The notes under the pieces are model-generated. The model made no database searches and was not told the DNA's origin. It saw only the letters and a program-made list of their open reading frames with translations. A stretch of DNA of 64,000 bases from the human T2T-CHM13v2.0 reference genome, Homo sapiens. The stretch's first letter is position 1; each line of letters begins with the position of its first letter. The stretch lies in NCBI RefSeq assembly GCF_009914755.1, contig NC_060935.1. One strand, written 5' to 3'. The translations under genes were made by a program, and so were the position numbers. Positions 1-13,028 of the stretch are shown piece by piece.

Positions 1-882
1 GCTGCAGATAGGTCTCTTCTTTGTGTTTCTGGTCATTTTTCTCATCACCATGGGGGGCAACCTGGGCATGATTGTGCTAATTTAATTCAGACTGACCCTC
101 GGCTCCAGACTCCCATGTACTTCTTCCTCAGTCATCTTTCCTTCCTGGACATTTGCTACTCTTCTGTTATTGGTCCTCAGTTGCTTGAGACTTTGGGACT
201 GATAAGATGATCATCACCTATGAGCGCTGTGCCAGCCAATTCTTCTTTTTCACACTCTGTGCTAGCATTGAGTGTTTCTTTTGGCTGTGATGGCTTATGA
301 CCGGTACGTGGCTGTGTGTAACCCCCTCCTCTATGCCATAGTCATGACACCAAAGACCCGCCTGGCGCTGCTGGCCGGGGCATATTCTGGTGCCATAGTC
401 AATTCTGTGATCTGCACTGGCTGCACCTTCTCTATCTCCTTCTCTAAGTCCAACCATGTAGACTTCTTTTTCTGTGACCTCCCACCCCTGCTGAAGCTTG
501 CCTGTAGTGAAACCAGGCCACGGGAATGGGTAATCTACCTCTCAGCTTTTCTGGTCATCACAACCAGCATTTCAGTGATTCTTACATCGTACTTGTTCAT
601 CATTCAGTCTATTCTGAAGATTCGTACAGCAGGTGGAAAGCCAAGACCTTCTCCACCTGTGCTTCTCACATGACTGCATTGACTCTCTTCTTTGGAACAC
701 TCATATTCATATACCTGAAAGGCAACATGGGCGAATCCCTTGAGGAAGACAAGATCGTGTCAATATTTTACACTGTGGTCATCCCCATGCTAAATCCAAT
801 GATCTACAGCCTGAGAAACAAAGACATGAAAGAGGCTCTGAAGAAAGTTTTCAACAGGATAAGGGTTTCCCAAGCAGAGTAA
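1..882 (+). pseudogene. OR9I2P: Olfactory receptor pseudogene, family 9 (OR9I-like), 5' end outside window
   Basis: OR motifs are spread over several frames: [74 protein letters not shown]. Lesions: TAATT duplication at 78-87 giving a TAA stop, and 1-bp deletions near 196, 279 and 640. The symbol comes from recalled cluster order and OR9I1 similarity, so it is less certain than the pseudogene call. Confidence 0.9.
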
Positions 883-1854
883 CTCTTGAGCCCCATCAAG
901 CCAGAAGTTTCTGCAAATCCTGCTCTGGGCTTTTGTCTCGTCCTCTTAACACATGAGCCAGATCTCATAATTACAAAGACATATTGAGGCAGAAAAAGTT
1001 GGATTTGGGTTCCAGTACTTTCTTTATTGGCTTTATGATGTAGAGCCAGAAATGATCCACTTTAGTTTTCTCATCAGTAAAAATTTCTGCTTTGCTATGG
1101 GTAAAGGTCAAGAGATCTTAAGCCAGGATCAAGGGAGAGGGAATCCCAAAAGGCTTTGTAAATAATAACATGCTACAAAATATAGATTTTTTTTCTTATC
1201 TGTCCTGCGTATTGTGGAGCATTTTCTCAGCTATTCGGATTTTTTTCTATTAAGCTCATTTTTGTGCCTAGCATGATTACAAAACAGTAACTCATTGTTT
1301 ATATAGTAAGGGGCAGTCACATTTTTGGTTGTGGATCATAGTGTGGATATCAGCTTTGATGAAAGAAAACTTTTCTTAACATTCAGTCATACCCAATTTA
1401 GGATTTGTCATAGAAAATAAAAGCAACTAAACAGAAGAAGAAAAAATAAAGAAGGGAAAGGAGGTGTGTTAGCCTGCTTCCCAAGATGGCATAGAGGTCT
1501 CAGACACTGTGGAAAAAAGAAGGATGTAATGATTTGCATTAATTATTGGAAACAATTTGATCTTGATGTAGGGCTGAAGTGAGTCCCATATATAACTTTG
1601 TAATATTTCTCGATCACCAAAGGTCAGAAGCTCTATTTTATTTCTGAAGCATTGTTCATGGACCATCTGCCTCAATTAACTCAAGTTATTTCCTATTCTT
1701 CAGTAATGAAAACCATTATCTACTTTTATCTCCTTTAGGACATTTACTCTATTGTCAGAAGACAGATAACAATGAATCTGACTGCCACTTTTTAATGACT
1801 TCCTCATCTGCTAGAAATATTACCTGGGAAATATCTCCATGGAGACCTCACAAT

Positions 1855-2480
1855 TTTATTCATCAATTCAGCAAATATATGCTATCTACTATGTATCAAA
1901 TATTAAGTTTAGAATATTTTAAGTATGTATTATATCTACTATGTATCAAATATTAAGTTTAGAGTAATAAATAAGATAGATATGGTTCCTTCAGCATGGA
2001 GATTAGAACTTGGGATATAGATAATCAACCATTGCACAGTTAATTAATTAATTATTAATTTTTACAATTTTGCAAAGTGAAACAAAAGAAGCAGCACAGG
2101 GTGTTATTATGCTATATAATAGGGTTCCAGCCTAATTTGGTGTGGTCAGAAAAGGCTTCTGAGAGAAATTAACGTTTAAGCAGAGGCTTCAGGAATAAGT
2201 ATGCCATAGTCATGGGTTGTGAAGACTCTTCTAGACAGAAAGAATTGCAAATGCAAAGGTCTGTGAAATGGGATGCCTTGAGGAACTGGGATTGGCTGTA
2301 GCATGAGGGAGCAGGGCTTAGTGTGAGATGCAACTGGCGAATTCCATAGAAACTGTCACAGAGCCTTGCAGATTTGCTTGGGGACTTGTGGACTTTATTT
2401 CAAAAGTAGAGTGCGAAATGATCAGATACGAATTTTTAAAAGATTCCTTTGGCTGCAGTGTGATGAGTGGAAAGGACGCT
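1855..2480 (-). mobile_element. L2 LINE fragment (3' region)
   Basis: Degenerate antisense L2 tail (attcatcaattcagcaaatatat) followed by typical L2 body words (ggtcagaaaaggcttct, ttggctgcagtgtg). Confidence 0.6.
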
Positions 2481-5400
2481 GGTGGTGGTGGAGTTGGAGG
2501 GAAATAGAACCACTTTGTCTATGAAACAACAGTTGGTGCATCCCAGTGCATGGCATTTGATTTCCATGCAATACTGTATGCTTCATTCTAGGACACATGT
2601 TATGTTAGAGAAAGCTAGCAGGTGCATGGCTTTGATGGTGGTTTAGGACTGATTCTTGGCAAAGTGGCAAAATTAGGGAAATATGTTTTTGGTGATGCCC
2701 ACCTTTTCATTGGTCCACTCTTCCTTCCATAAAGTGTGACCTTTCTCAGGTAGACACAGGTATACACTATCTGTCCCTTCATCAAAATGATCATCAACTA
2801 CTCCTTCTTAAGGGATCAGCATGTTTTCATTAACCTCCTACCCTATGCCAGACTGTGTTTATGAGCTTAAGAAACCACCCCTTACTGGGCTGCTTCTGTG
2901 CTTAAAGGCAGGAAAAGTCTTCAAATGTAAAAACAAAGAAATGAGTAAAATGCTAGACAGTGGGGGTTTGCTATTTTTATAGTGGCAGGAAAAACCTCAT
3001 ACCCCTCCCAGTTTCTACTTTGTGAGTGGCAACCAATTTTGCCTATAAATGAGTGATCTTTGATACATCCGCAGTATTTTATGTTTATACAATTGCCTTA
3101 TGTATGCACCAAGTGGATAAAAATAAAATGAAGTTTTAGTGTGTTTTAGGCAATTATCTTCTGATTAACGTAAAAAAGCACTGGGGAATGGTGTATGTTG
3201 TATTGCTATTTACATATATTAATAAATGAATAAAAACATTCATAAATTACCTAATGTGTGTCAGATTCTGTGCTGAGTTTTCACTTATCTCATTTAAAGA
3301 TTTCATTCTTAAAATAAAAAAGTCTCATTCTTAAAATAGATTCTACACATATTCTCTTAGAAATAGAATTCAGTCAGGAATTCTGGCATTGTTTTCTTTT
3401 TTTCCTTCTCACTTCTGAGTGTATTTCTTTTAAGAACTAGGCTTTGGAATTATACATTTTTAGCTATAATATTTTGGCCTCAATTTACCAACAATGATAT
3501 TGGAAAGATGAAGAAAGCAGATCCTCAAAGTCTCAACTGACCCATTAAAATCAATTCACCAAGAGGCTAAAGTACTATGTTCTTGATCACTTAGAGCGAC
3601 ACCAAAACTTTAATTATGGATTTGTATTTTTCACATATATTAAGTTGATTGAGTGTAGGTGTAAAGCTAAATTAACTAGATTATCAGCATGAGGGCATGG
3701 GTCTAGTGTAGAATGATGGAGTGTAAACCATACAACACGTAATCTAGGGCCTTTGGCAGAAGTGTGTATATATATATATATTTACTTTTTGTATATGGGA
3801 ATGCATTTTGTCTGAGGGAGCCACAGTGCTTCAGATAAGAGCAAAAACAACCACACACAATTTTTCTTTTGTCATGAAGATCAATACAAGATGGATAGAA
3901 ATACTTACCAGATTTCTTTTTTTCCTCCTTGCTCCAATTCTATTTGTCTAAGCTACAGGGAAGAGAAAATGCCATCAAAGCCATGTGCAAATGACCACAA
4001 GAACAGAGCTGCCCAAGCCCCAATGCCACCATCCCCATGGATCTCCCATGCCTTTTTGGTGGCTATGGGGCTAAAGGGCAAAAAAGAAATGAAGCATGTT
4101 TGGTTTGAAGGTTTTTCCTGGTGATGGAATTCAAAAAAGGTAAGGCAGCTCTAGTTTTTGAATCTCATTTTGCCTGATGCTGAATTCAAACCTCAAACTA
4201 AATTTTCTCCTGAATCTTACTTAGATAGAGAATGTGGAGAGGATAAATCACCAGAGAAATTGGGGAAAGCCGATAGAAGTTGAAAAGAAAGTGGGCTGTC
4301 GGCTTCCCTGTAGCGGATCTGCGAAGTTGCTTGTGGAGATCAAGATGCTTCATGGACATTATACAATTCGTCCTTTTGGTCCTGTTGGGAAAGAAACTCT
4401 CAGCTATTTCCACTCATCTCTTCTTCAAAAATCGTGAGGTTTTCTGAAAATAGTTGAAAAGAACATTGTGTCTTTTTCTTTTTCTCAACATCTTTGTCCT
4501 TATTTAAAACATAATAGTGAAACACAAAAATAAAAAATGACAGCAAGAGCAGCAAAAAAGTGCTTTTGATCTTGTAATAGAATGAATATCTAAACTCTTT
4601 CTAATTCTACCCTTACTAAATATGCTTCTTTGGGTATTAAAACCCCTGAAAAAAGCATTGTAAAAATAGCCTGTTGACATCTGTTGTTTTATATATAGAC
4701 AGAGCCTAAAATATTTCATTCATTAATTCAATAAATTAGCTCTTTATTGAGGAGCTACTATATGCTGGGAACTCTGTGTGGGTAGGGACTTTGCTCCTCA
4801 CTGTATTCCTGGTGTGTCACTTAGGACTTGGCACATAGTTGGCACTTAACTAACTTAAAAAATTTCCTCTTGATTGTTTAAAGGCTTCTTTGGCAATAAA
4901 ATACACATAACATGGAAACTTAAGTGGTTAAAAAAATTTACCATTTTAACCATGTAAGTACACAGTTTGGTGGCATTAAATATATTCATATTGTCTTGCA
5001 ACCATCACCACTATCCTTCTCCAGAACTTTTTTCATCATCCCAAACTGAAACTCTGTACCCATTAACTCCCCATTTCTCTCTGCCCCCCTGCCACTGGCA
5101 ATCACCATTCTAGTTCTGTTTCTATGGATTTGCTTCTTCTAAGTACTTCATAAAAGTGGAATCATATAATATTTGTGTTTCTGTGTCTGGCTTCTTTCAT
5201 TTAACACAATGTTCTCAAGGTTCATGCATTTTGTAGCACATATCAGAACTCCACTGCTTTTTATAAATCAATAATAATCTATTGCATGGATATGCCATAT
5301 TTTGTTTATCTGTTAATCTGTTGGTGGACACTTGGGTTGTTTCTACATTTTGGCTATTGTGAATGCTGTTGCTATAAATGTGGGTGAACAAAGATGTGTT

Positions 5401-5770
5401 CAAGTCCCTGTTTTCTATTCTTTTGCATAGTGTATACTACTTAAAAGTGGAATTGTTGGATCATATGGTAAATCTATGCTTAACTTTTTGAGGAACCACC
5501 TACTGTTTTTCACAGCAGCTGCACCGTTTTACATTCCCACTGGCAATATATAAGAGTTCTAAGTTTTTCACATGCTCAACACTTGTTTCCCATTTTTTTG
5601 GTAATAGCTATTCTAATGGGTATGAAATGGTATTTCACTGTGGTTTTGAATTGCATTACCTAATTACTAGTGATGTTGAACATCTTTCCATGTTCTTATT
5701 GGCCACTTATGTATCTTCTTGGAGAAATGTCTATTCAAGTTCTTTGCTCATATTTAGATTGGGTTGTTTG

Positions 5771-5905
5771 GGCCTGGTGTGGTAGCTCACTCCTATAATC
5801 CCAGTGTTGGGGGAGAACCACTGGTATCAAGCGATCCTCCTACCTTGGCCTCCCCAACCACTGGGCAATATGATGAGACCTTGCCTCTACAAAAAATAAA
5901 AATAA
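5771..5905 (+). mobile_element. Free left Alu monomer (FLAM-like) with internal inversion
   Basis: Alu 5' start ggcctggtgtggtagctcac and an A-rich tail. 13-bp TSD attgggttgtttg at 5758-5770 and 5906-5918. Confidence 0.85.
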
Positions 5906-5950
5906 ATTGGGTTGTTTGTTTATTGTTGAGTTGCATGAGTTCTTTGTATG

Positions 5951-6409
5951 TAGTCATGCACCACATAAGGATATTTCAATCAACGATGGATCACACATCA
6001 ATGACGGTTCCATGAGGTTATAATGGAGCTGAAAATTTCTATCACCTGTGGATATTGTAAACATCCTAACATCACAGGACAACACATGACTCACATGTTC
6101 GTGGTGATGCTGGTGTAAACAAACCTACTGTACTATCAGCTATATAAAACTATAGCACATACAATTATGCAGAGTACATAATACTTGATAATTATAATAA
6201 AAGACTATGTTACTAGTTTACGTAGTTAATATACAAATGTGTTGTTATTTTAGAGTGTATTCCTTCTACTCACAGAAAGCAAGTTAACTCTAAAACAGCC
6301 CCAGGCAGGTCCTTCAGGAGGTATTCCAGAAGAAGGCATCATCATCGTGGGAGATGATAGCTCCGTGTATGTTATTGCCCCTGAAGACCTTCTAGTAAGA
6401 CAAAATGTG
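5951..6409 (+). mobile_element. Tigger3-family DNA transposon fragment
   Basis: Matches recalled Tigger3 terminus (agtcatgcaccacataa) and internal words (ggtgatgctggtgtaaacaaacctact, ccttcaggaggtattccagaagaaggc). Confidence 0.8.
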
Positions 6410-7879
6410 CTTTTGGTATGATACCTAAAAAATCATTGCCACATCCAATGTCATGAAGCTTTTCCTCTGTGTTTTGTTCTAAGAGTTTTGTCATTTTAGC
6501 CTTTATGTTTAGGTATTTTATCCATTTTTAGTTCATTTTTGTATGGGTATGCCACATGCAAGTTAAGGACCCAACTTTATTCTTTTGCGTGGGTTATCCA
6601 GTTTTCCTAGCATCGTTTGTTGAAAAGGCACTCAACTAACTTTTACTGAGATCCTTAATACAATGAGAGGAGATGTCGTATAAAAAGTCTCAGGATTAAG
6701 AGAAAAGAGCTCTCATACTCATTTTCAGGCCCAGCCTTCTTTCTCATCTATTATTGGTTCCTTTTTACCAGTGGGGCAAATGAAGCCTGGGATGGTTAAA
6801 TAATTCCAGGTACCCTGCCCCAGGTACCACAGCTAAGTAGCAACTGTGTCTTAATGTTGCTTTTGAGAAGGTGGTGTTGCATCATTTGCTTTCATAGTTT
6901 ACTTGGGGAAGGGGATGTTCCTCAGGGAAGGCAAATCCAAATCTGCAGAAGACGGAATGACAGTTTGAAAAACTGTCTTCAGTATGACTCTTGTTTCATA
7001 ATACAAACAACATAAAGTAAAACTCCTCTGTTGAAAGCTTGTGGGGCTGTACAGATGTTAGAGTGCAAGCGTTGGATGAATGTGAACTAAAAATGCTGGG
7101 TAAACATAGGTCTAGTAGGTATTAGCTCATTACAACTATGTGTACACAACCAGTCCTTACTGAGAAAAGACATTTCTAGATGATATAGCCAGTGAATTTA
7201 GGAATTTATGTCTTAGTTTTCGGCCCCCAGACCATTTTTTTTTTTAACCTTGCACACAGAATTACCCCAGGCTTAATAATAACTGCCTTGGTTCTGAAGT
7301 TACTCAGTCTCTCCAGTTGCTCTGGGTACTTAAATTTCTTTTCCAGTTACAACAATCTACTGTAGGTAAGGGAATTGGGGTAGAAAGACACTCCAAGACA
7401 GTTCAGATTGCATGTTTATAAGGAACCTTGACATAGAGATTGTTGAGTTAACCAGACCATTGTTGCATTTCCCAGGAGCTCTGACAGGCCATGGGGAAAT
7501 CCTCTCAGGCCAGGAGAACAGCGGTCCTGAGTTCCAGAAATTACAGATGGAGTAGTGATTCTACTCAATCTGTAACTGGTATTACAAGAGGATTGGTATG
7601 AGGACCCGGGGAGGTGCTGGTGGCAGCTAGTTCTGGAAGCCATTATGTGACTCAGGGATAGGTGGGATGAGAGGATAAAGAATAGAAACTAATGAAATGG
7701 CAGAATCAGAACATTTATTTTATTTTAAAGCTTTATTTATAATTCACAGATAATATTTGTATATATTTATGAAATTCAGGACATTTAAAATAAGCTAATA
7801 ATGGAATTCTCTCCAGAAGGGCTGTTTCAATTTGCAGTGAATGAAAATGCTGGATACCCTATGATCTGACAGCACTTGG

Positions 7880-8335
7880 GAGCATTTGTTTTAAAATTTC
7901 ATGGCCAATATTTACTTGGAAATTACCTCATTATTTTAATTTGTATTTCTTTGATTATTAAAGAACTTCAGAATCATCTCATTTGTTTGCATCATTTATA
8001 TTTCTTTTGTAAATTTTTTATGTGCTTTGTTGATTGATTTGTAACAGTAACTTGTACATTAGGAAAATCAGTCCTTTGTCTGTCATTTGTATTGCAAATA
8101 TTTTCACAGATTTGCCTTTTGAGTTCATTTATGATGCTTTTAGGCTCCAAAAATGTTAAAATTTGATGTAGTTAGATTTATTCATTTTTTTCTTTTATAG
8201 CTTCTAGGTTTTCTATTGATATTAGAAAGGCCTTGTCTCCAAGATAATCAAATTATTTACCTTTTTTTTAGATTTGCTACAATTTCATTTTTTATGTCTC
8301 ACATCTTGAATCAATCTTGAATTTATTTTGCACGC
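7880..8335 (-). mobile_element. Ancient L1 (L1ME-like) fragment
   Basis: Degenerate antisense L1 ORF2 words (ttttaatttgtatttctttgatt, tgtattgcaaatattttc). Confidence 0.6.
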
Positions 8336-9506
8336 ATGACAGTGCAAGTTTCCATCTCTCTGAGAGATTGCTGGGCAACATGTCTCCCTCTGGAATCCGA
8401 GCTCCAGGAGGGCGGGCACTTAGCTTGTGCTGCTTGCCAAAGTGATGCTGGTGCCTGGCACAGAGCCTGCCACCTGGTAGGCACTTAGTAAGCTCTTCTT
8501 CAATTAGTACATGATAACATTCTAGAAGATAGAGGGATGAGCTGAATCTAGCAGGAAGAAACCTTTATTTCTGGATTTTATCCTCTAAAAGAAATAGAAA
8601 TAGAATAAAGCATGCCCAGAAAATGAAAACCAAGGTGGTGAAGGAAACAGAAACCAAATTAGAGGAGGCACTGGGGATGCTTACTTTGGAAAAAATTCAG
8701 TGAAGAAATCTCTTCTTTTGTTTAGTGTTAAGGAGATGGATGCCTTGGCTTTTAGAGTTTAAGAAAGAGCTCTGGAAGAAACTGTTCAAAGAGGGGATGG
8801 GTTGTCTTTGGAGTTGGTGAGTTCCCTTTCCCCGGGAGTGCTCAATTGTAGATACATGGTTTCTTGGGGACTGTTGTGGAAGATTCAAACATCAGGAGCC
8901 AAGCAAATGAGTGATATGGACTCAGGATAATTCAATAGGGAAGGGTGGGTCATGCTCTATAGGAGCAATGACCTCTCAGCTCTAACCAAGAGATGCCATG
9001 TGTTGCAAGAAATCTTTTTTTTTTTTTCCAAGAGAAATTTGAAAGTGAATTTAAAAAATGGAAAGTTTATTGATTTTTAAAACTTGGGTTTTAAACTCCT
9101 GATATGATGTCTGGATTTCTCTTTCAGCCCAGCAGTTTGCAATCTCTATCACAGATAAAAGTGGAATTGTATGTAGAAAGTAGCACAGTTTCTGGACTAT
9201 ATGACCTTTCAAACTTCTCTAACCTTGGCTCTCTGATTTCCTCAGCTGTATAAATGTAACAGAATATTAATAGTGTCACTATATCACTAGACTATGATTC
9301 AGCATATGAGAAGAGCAGATTGGATGGAGGAAGAATTAGGATTTGAGGGAAGGAAGGCTGTCTCTGGAATTACTCTGCTCTGTACAACCTATCATCATTT
9401 TGTGCCAATAAATATTAATTGTTGGTAATAATAGAGCGTAAGGGTCACATAAGCAAGTCTTAAGAGGAGAGAAAAGGCCAGAAAGCTGTATTTAAAGAAG
9501 TGACAA

Positions 9507-9657
9507 TGGAGAGAGACAGAGAGGGAGAGAGCGAGAGAAGAAGAAGAAGAAGAAGGGGAGGAGGAAGGAGGAGGGGGAAGGAGGAGGAGGAGGAAGTTGA
9601 GAAGGAGGAAGAGGAGAAGGAGGAGGAGAAGGGGGAGGAGAAGGAGGAAGGAAAGCA
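9507..9657. repeat. Polypurine GA/GAA/GAG low-complexity tract
   Basis: About 150 nt almost purely A/G on the + strand. Confidence 0.95.
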
Positions 9658-9969
9658 ACTTTGAACTGAAACTCCCTTGTGCATAAAGAAATTAAGAGTT
9701 TGAGAACTCTACTCTTAGCCCAGTGGCCTGGAGACACAAGGTCTTCTGCAGGCTGCCTTATCCACTAATAAGATTAAGTGTTTTGGCTTAGCAATAAAAA
9801 TCAATGCCATGGATTTTTTTTTTTTTTTGTCCTGTGATGAAGCTGAGAGAGTTGAAAAGGAATGGGAATTGTTACTGTTTCCCAATCCAACATTATTTTG
9901 TTGCATCTTTATAACTATTATTGGAGAGGGTTAAATGCACAGCCCAAGAGAGATGGCTTTCCTTCATTT

Positions 9970-10195
9970 AGTACAGTGGGGTGACTATAGTTAATAGAAA
10001 TTAATCATACATTTCAAAATAACTAGAAGAGAAGATCTGAAACATTCCCAACACAAAGAAATGACAAATATTTGAGGTGATGACTATTGTAATTACACTG
10101 ATTTGATCATTACACATTGTATGCATACACCAAAGTATCACATGTACCCCATTAATGTGTACAATTATTATGTATCAATAGGAAAATTTAAAAAG
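9970..10195 (+). mobile_element. L1MA-type 3' end fragment
   Basis: gtgactatagttaat...ctagaagagaagat...cccaacacaaagaaatgac...tttgatcattacacattg...catgtaccccat. Confidence 0.75.
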
Positions 10196-10377
10196 AAAGT
10201 TTCCCAAGGTCACATAACATAGTCAGCAGCTGAGCTAGGATTGAATGTTGGCAGTTTGTCTTTAGAGGTGCATTCAGCCATTGTGAAGTTCACCTCCCAC
10301 TACACTGGGCTTTTCCATCAGGGTGAGCTGTTAGGTGCTTGCTTCTCATTGCTTAGATGATAGTGATTTTAAGGTCC

Positions 10378-10851
10378 TGTATCAGCCAAGTTCTCTAAAG
10401 AAACAATGGAAAATATGTTTTTATCTATATACAGCATTTATATTTCTACCTACCTTCCTGCCTACCTACCTACCTGTCTACCTATCTATCTAGATTTATT
10501 TTAGAGAATTTGGCTCATATGATTGTGGGGGCTGGCAGTCTGAAATTTGCAGAGCAGGTGGCAGGCTGAAGACTCAGGGAAGAGATGGTGTTGTAGTTCT
10601 CAGTCTTAAGTTATGTAGAGGAAGAATTCATTATTTTTCGTGAGACCTTTCTCTTTTCCCTTAAGTTCTTCAACTTACGGGATGAGGCAGACCCACATTA
10701 TAAAGAGTACTCTGCTTTACTCAAAGTCAACTGATTTAAATGTTAATCATAGCAGAAAAAAATACCTTGACGGCAATACTTAGGCTGGTATTTGGTTCAA
10801 TAACTGGGCACCGTAGCGCAGCCAAGTTCATACAGAAAATGAACCACACAG
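10378..10851 (-). mobile_element. MLT2 (ERVL) solo LTR
   Basis: ttggctcatatgattgtgggggctggc and cccacattataaagagtactctgctttactcaaagtcaactgatttaaatgttaatc are MLT2-like; internal CTAC repeat. Confidence 0.75.
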
Positions 10852-11054
10852 ATACCTTGAAGATCGTGTGGTTTAGTACTTACTTTTAAGGAAGTGCTCA
10901 CTCTCAGAGTCATGCAAGTGCAGGGTCAGTGCCTGAGAGTGAGAATCTCCTTAAATTTTGTGCTTCCCTTGCCTCACCCTGGTCCTGGCCCTGCTTTCCA
11001 TGAAAGATCCAAGATAGTGTCTTTAACTTGGGTCTTCTTCCAGTAGTACGAACT

Positions 11055-11230
11055 GGGAATCAGGAAGACCTGGATTTGATGCTGCCTCCATTATTCCTGT
11101 GAGATATTGAACAAGTGGCACAATCATTCTGAGCCTCAGTTTGCTTAACAGTGGAATAGGTATAATAACTTCACCTGCTTTCCAAGGATGTTGGGAGGTG
11201 ACAGAATATCAGCTCAGACACAAGTGTGAA
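11055..11230 (+). mobile_element. MIR
   Basis: MIR core (tctgagcctcagtttgcttaacagtggaatagg). Confidence 0.6.
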
Positions 11231-11351
11231 AAGTATGATTTGTTATGGCAAATTCTTTTTTTTTGATTAAAGCAGGATAATATTTTTTAGCATTTTTTAT
11301 AATTTTGGCATATGAAATGGCCAAGTCTTGCTGTTCTTTTTCTTTTCCTTC

Positions 11352-11646
11352 TTTTTTTTTTTTTTTTGAGATAGACTTGCTCTTTCACCCTGGCTGGAGT
11401 GCAGTGGTGCAGTCTTGGCTCAGTGCAACCTCCACCTCCCAGGTTAAACAATTCTCCTGCCTCAGCCTCCCGAGTAGCTGGGATTCCAGGCACCCACCAT
11501 TGTGCCTGGTTAATTTTTGTACTTTTAGTAGATGTGGGGTTTTGCCATGTTGGCCAGACCAGTTTTGAACTGCTGACCTCAGGTGATCCACCCGCCTCGG
11601 CCTCCCAAAGTGCTAGGATTACAGGTGTGAGCCACTGTGACCAGCC
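11352..11646 (-). mobile_element. AluS (Sx/Sz-like)
   Basis: Poly-T followed by a full antisense dimeric Alu. Confidence 0.95.
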
Positions 11647-12439
11647 AGTGTTGCCTATCTTTTGTGCATTTCTTGATGCTTCATCTTGATTTATAAAGCC
11701 TAGAAATTCAACAAAATAAAAAGCACAAGCCTGTCCCCAAGCCCTGTATAGAAGGAAGAAGACTGCCACTCATGAGCAGAACCATGAGACAGTGTGATCT
11801 GCTGCTACCTTGTGTGGGACAGTCCTTATGTCCATTCATTAAAACAGGGTAGAACATAGCTTCAAAACTACTTTGTTAGTAGTTCAAATTAAAAGTCGAT
11901 GTGTAGGTAATAAAATAGGAGTTCTGTAATTGTATCTTTTCTCTAATTCAGAGTGGTTTTCTTGGTTAGTGAGGTCTTAAAATATTAAGAAAAAATTACA
12001 TCTTGTATGACTGTAATTGTATAGGTATTTTACTTTGGCCATATGGATTAAACATGTATTTTCTTTATGATAATAAACACATTATTTAGCAAATGGAACA
12101 ACATTGTAATATCTCACAGATATATTGGAGACAAGATTCCCTGAGACTTCTTCTGTGTATTGATCTATACTCTCTCTTTCTGCTCTCTCTCTGTCTTTCT
12201 CTGTCACTTTGTATATCTATCCATATATTTGATAATTTTTGGCTCATTTCCTGGATAGTAGAGCCCTTTGCTAGACTTAGACTTTACATTTTGCCGTTTC
12301 AGTTGCAGAACAGTTTAATAAACTATTAGCACATGAGAACTAGGGAAAGGGTGTGGATGATGGAGAGCAGGAAAGTTTGAACTTTTTAATAAGATAATAA
12401 AGCATTTTTCTTAATAACCTGTGAGTCAACCTGATGCCT

Positions 12440-12935
12440 TGTAGCATATTGTTTCAGTTGGTCTTAGATCGAAGACCAAAATCCTGAACCTGGCTTGTAA
12501 GGCTCTAAGTAATCCAGCCCCAACCAACTGCTAGGCTTGCCTGGTACCATACTCTCCTTAGCCCTGCCCTGGCTTAAAGGCTCCTTCCAGTCATTCAAAT
12601 ACCTGAGTATGGCTAATTCCATCCTGTCCAGGGTCTGCTCAGGCCTCTTTGCACCGTCTACTCACTTTCCTACCAGGGTCGCTCCTACTGACATTCAGAT
12701 CTCAGCTCACTTGCTCAATAATCCTCCCAGGCCTTCCCTGAAGGGGTCTATGAACCTCTTATTATTGCTCGTAGCTTTATGTATCTCTCCTCTGTAGCAC
12801 TTAGCATAAATGTAATTTTACATTTTTCAGTGATTAATATTCAATAACTGTCTATTTCCCCAATCGGATTGTAAACGTCATGAGGGCAAGAGCTGTGTCT
12901 CTTTTGCTCATCATTAAATCCTTATCCTCTAGTAG
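12440..12935 (+). mobile_element. L2 fragment
   Basis: L2 3' words (attcagatctcagctca, gattgtaaacgtcatgagggcaagagctgtgtc). Confidence 0.6.
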
Positions 12936-12954
12936 TAAAAATAATACCTGAGAA

Positions 12955-13028
12955 AAAGGAAAGAAGGAAGAAAAGAAGGAAGGAAAAGACAGAGGAAGGA
13001 AGGAAGGAAGGAAGGATGGAAGGAAGGA
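12955..13028. repeat. GGAA/GA-rich microsatellite
   Basis: (GGAA)n tract seen directly. Confidence 0.9.

Larger units (their letters stand above)
4895..6630 (-). mobile_element. Old L1 (L1MB-like) 3' end, interrupted by an Alu monomer and a Tigger
   Basis: Antisense L1 3' UTR/ORF2 words (catcaccactatcc, ggcttctttcatttaacacaatg, ggagaaatgtctattcaag); sequence resumes after the insertions. Confidence 0.8.

Noticed and set aside
8466-8480. CTCF-like word tgccacctggtag
   Set aside because: Imperfect match explained by a diverged L2 3' end.
9395-9737. Leu/Pro/Ser-rich ORFs on the minus strand
   Set aside because: Translations of the polypurine repeat.
11287-11769. 160-aa ORF and overlapping ORFs
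   Set aside because: Alu-derived reading frames; the same applies to ORFs near 17041, 34474 and 50692.
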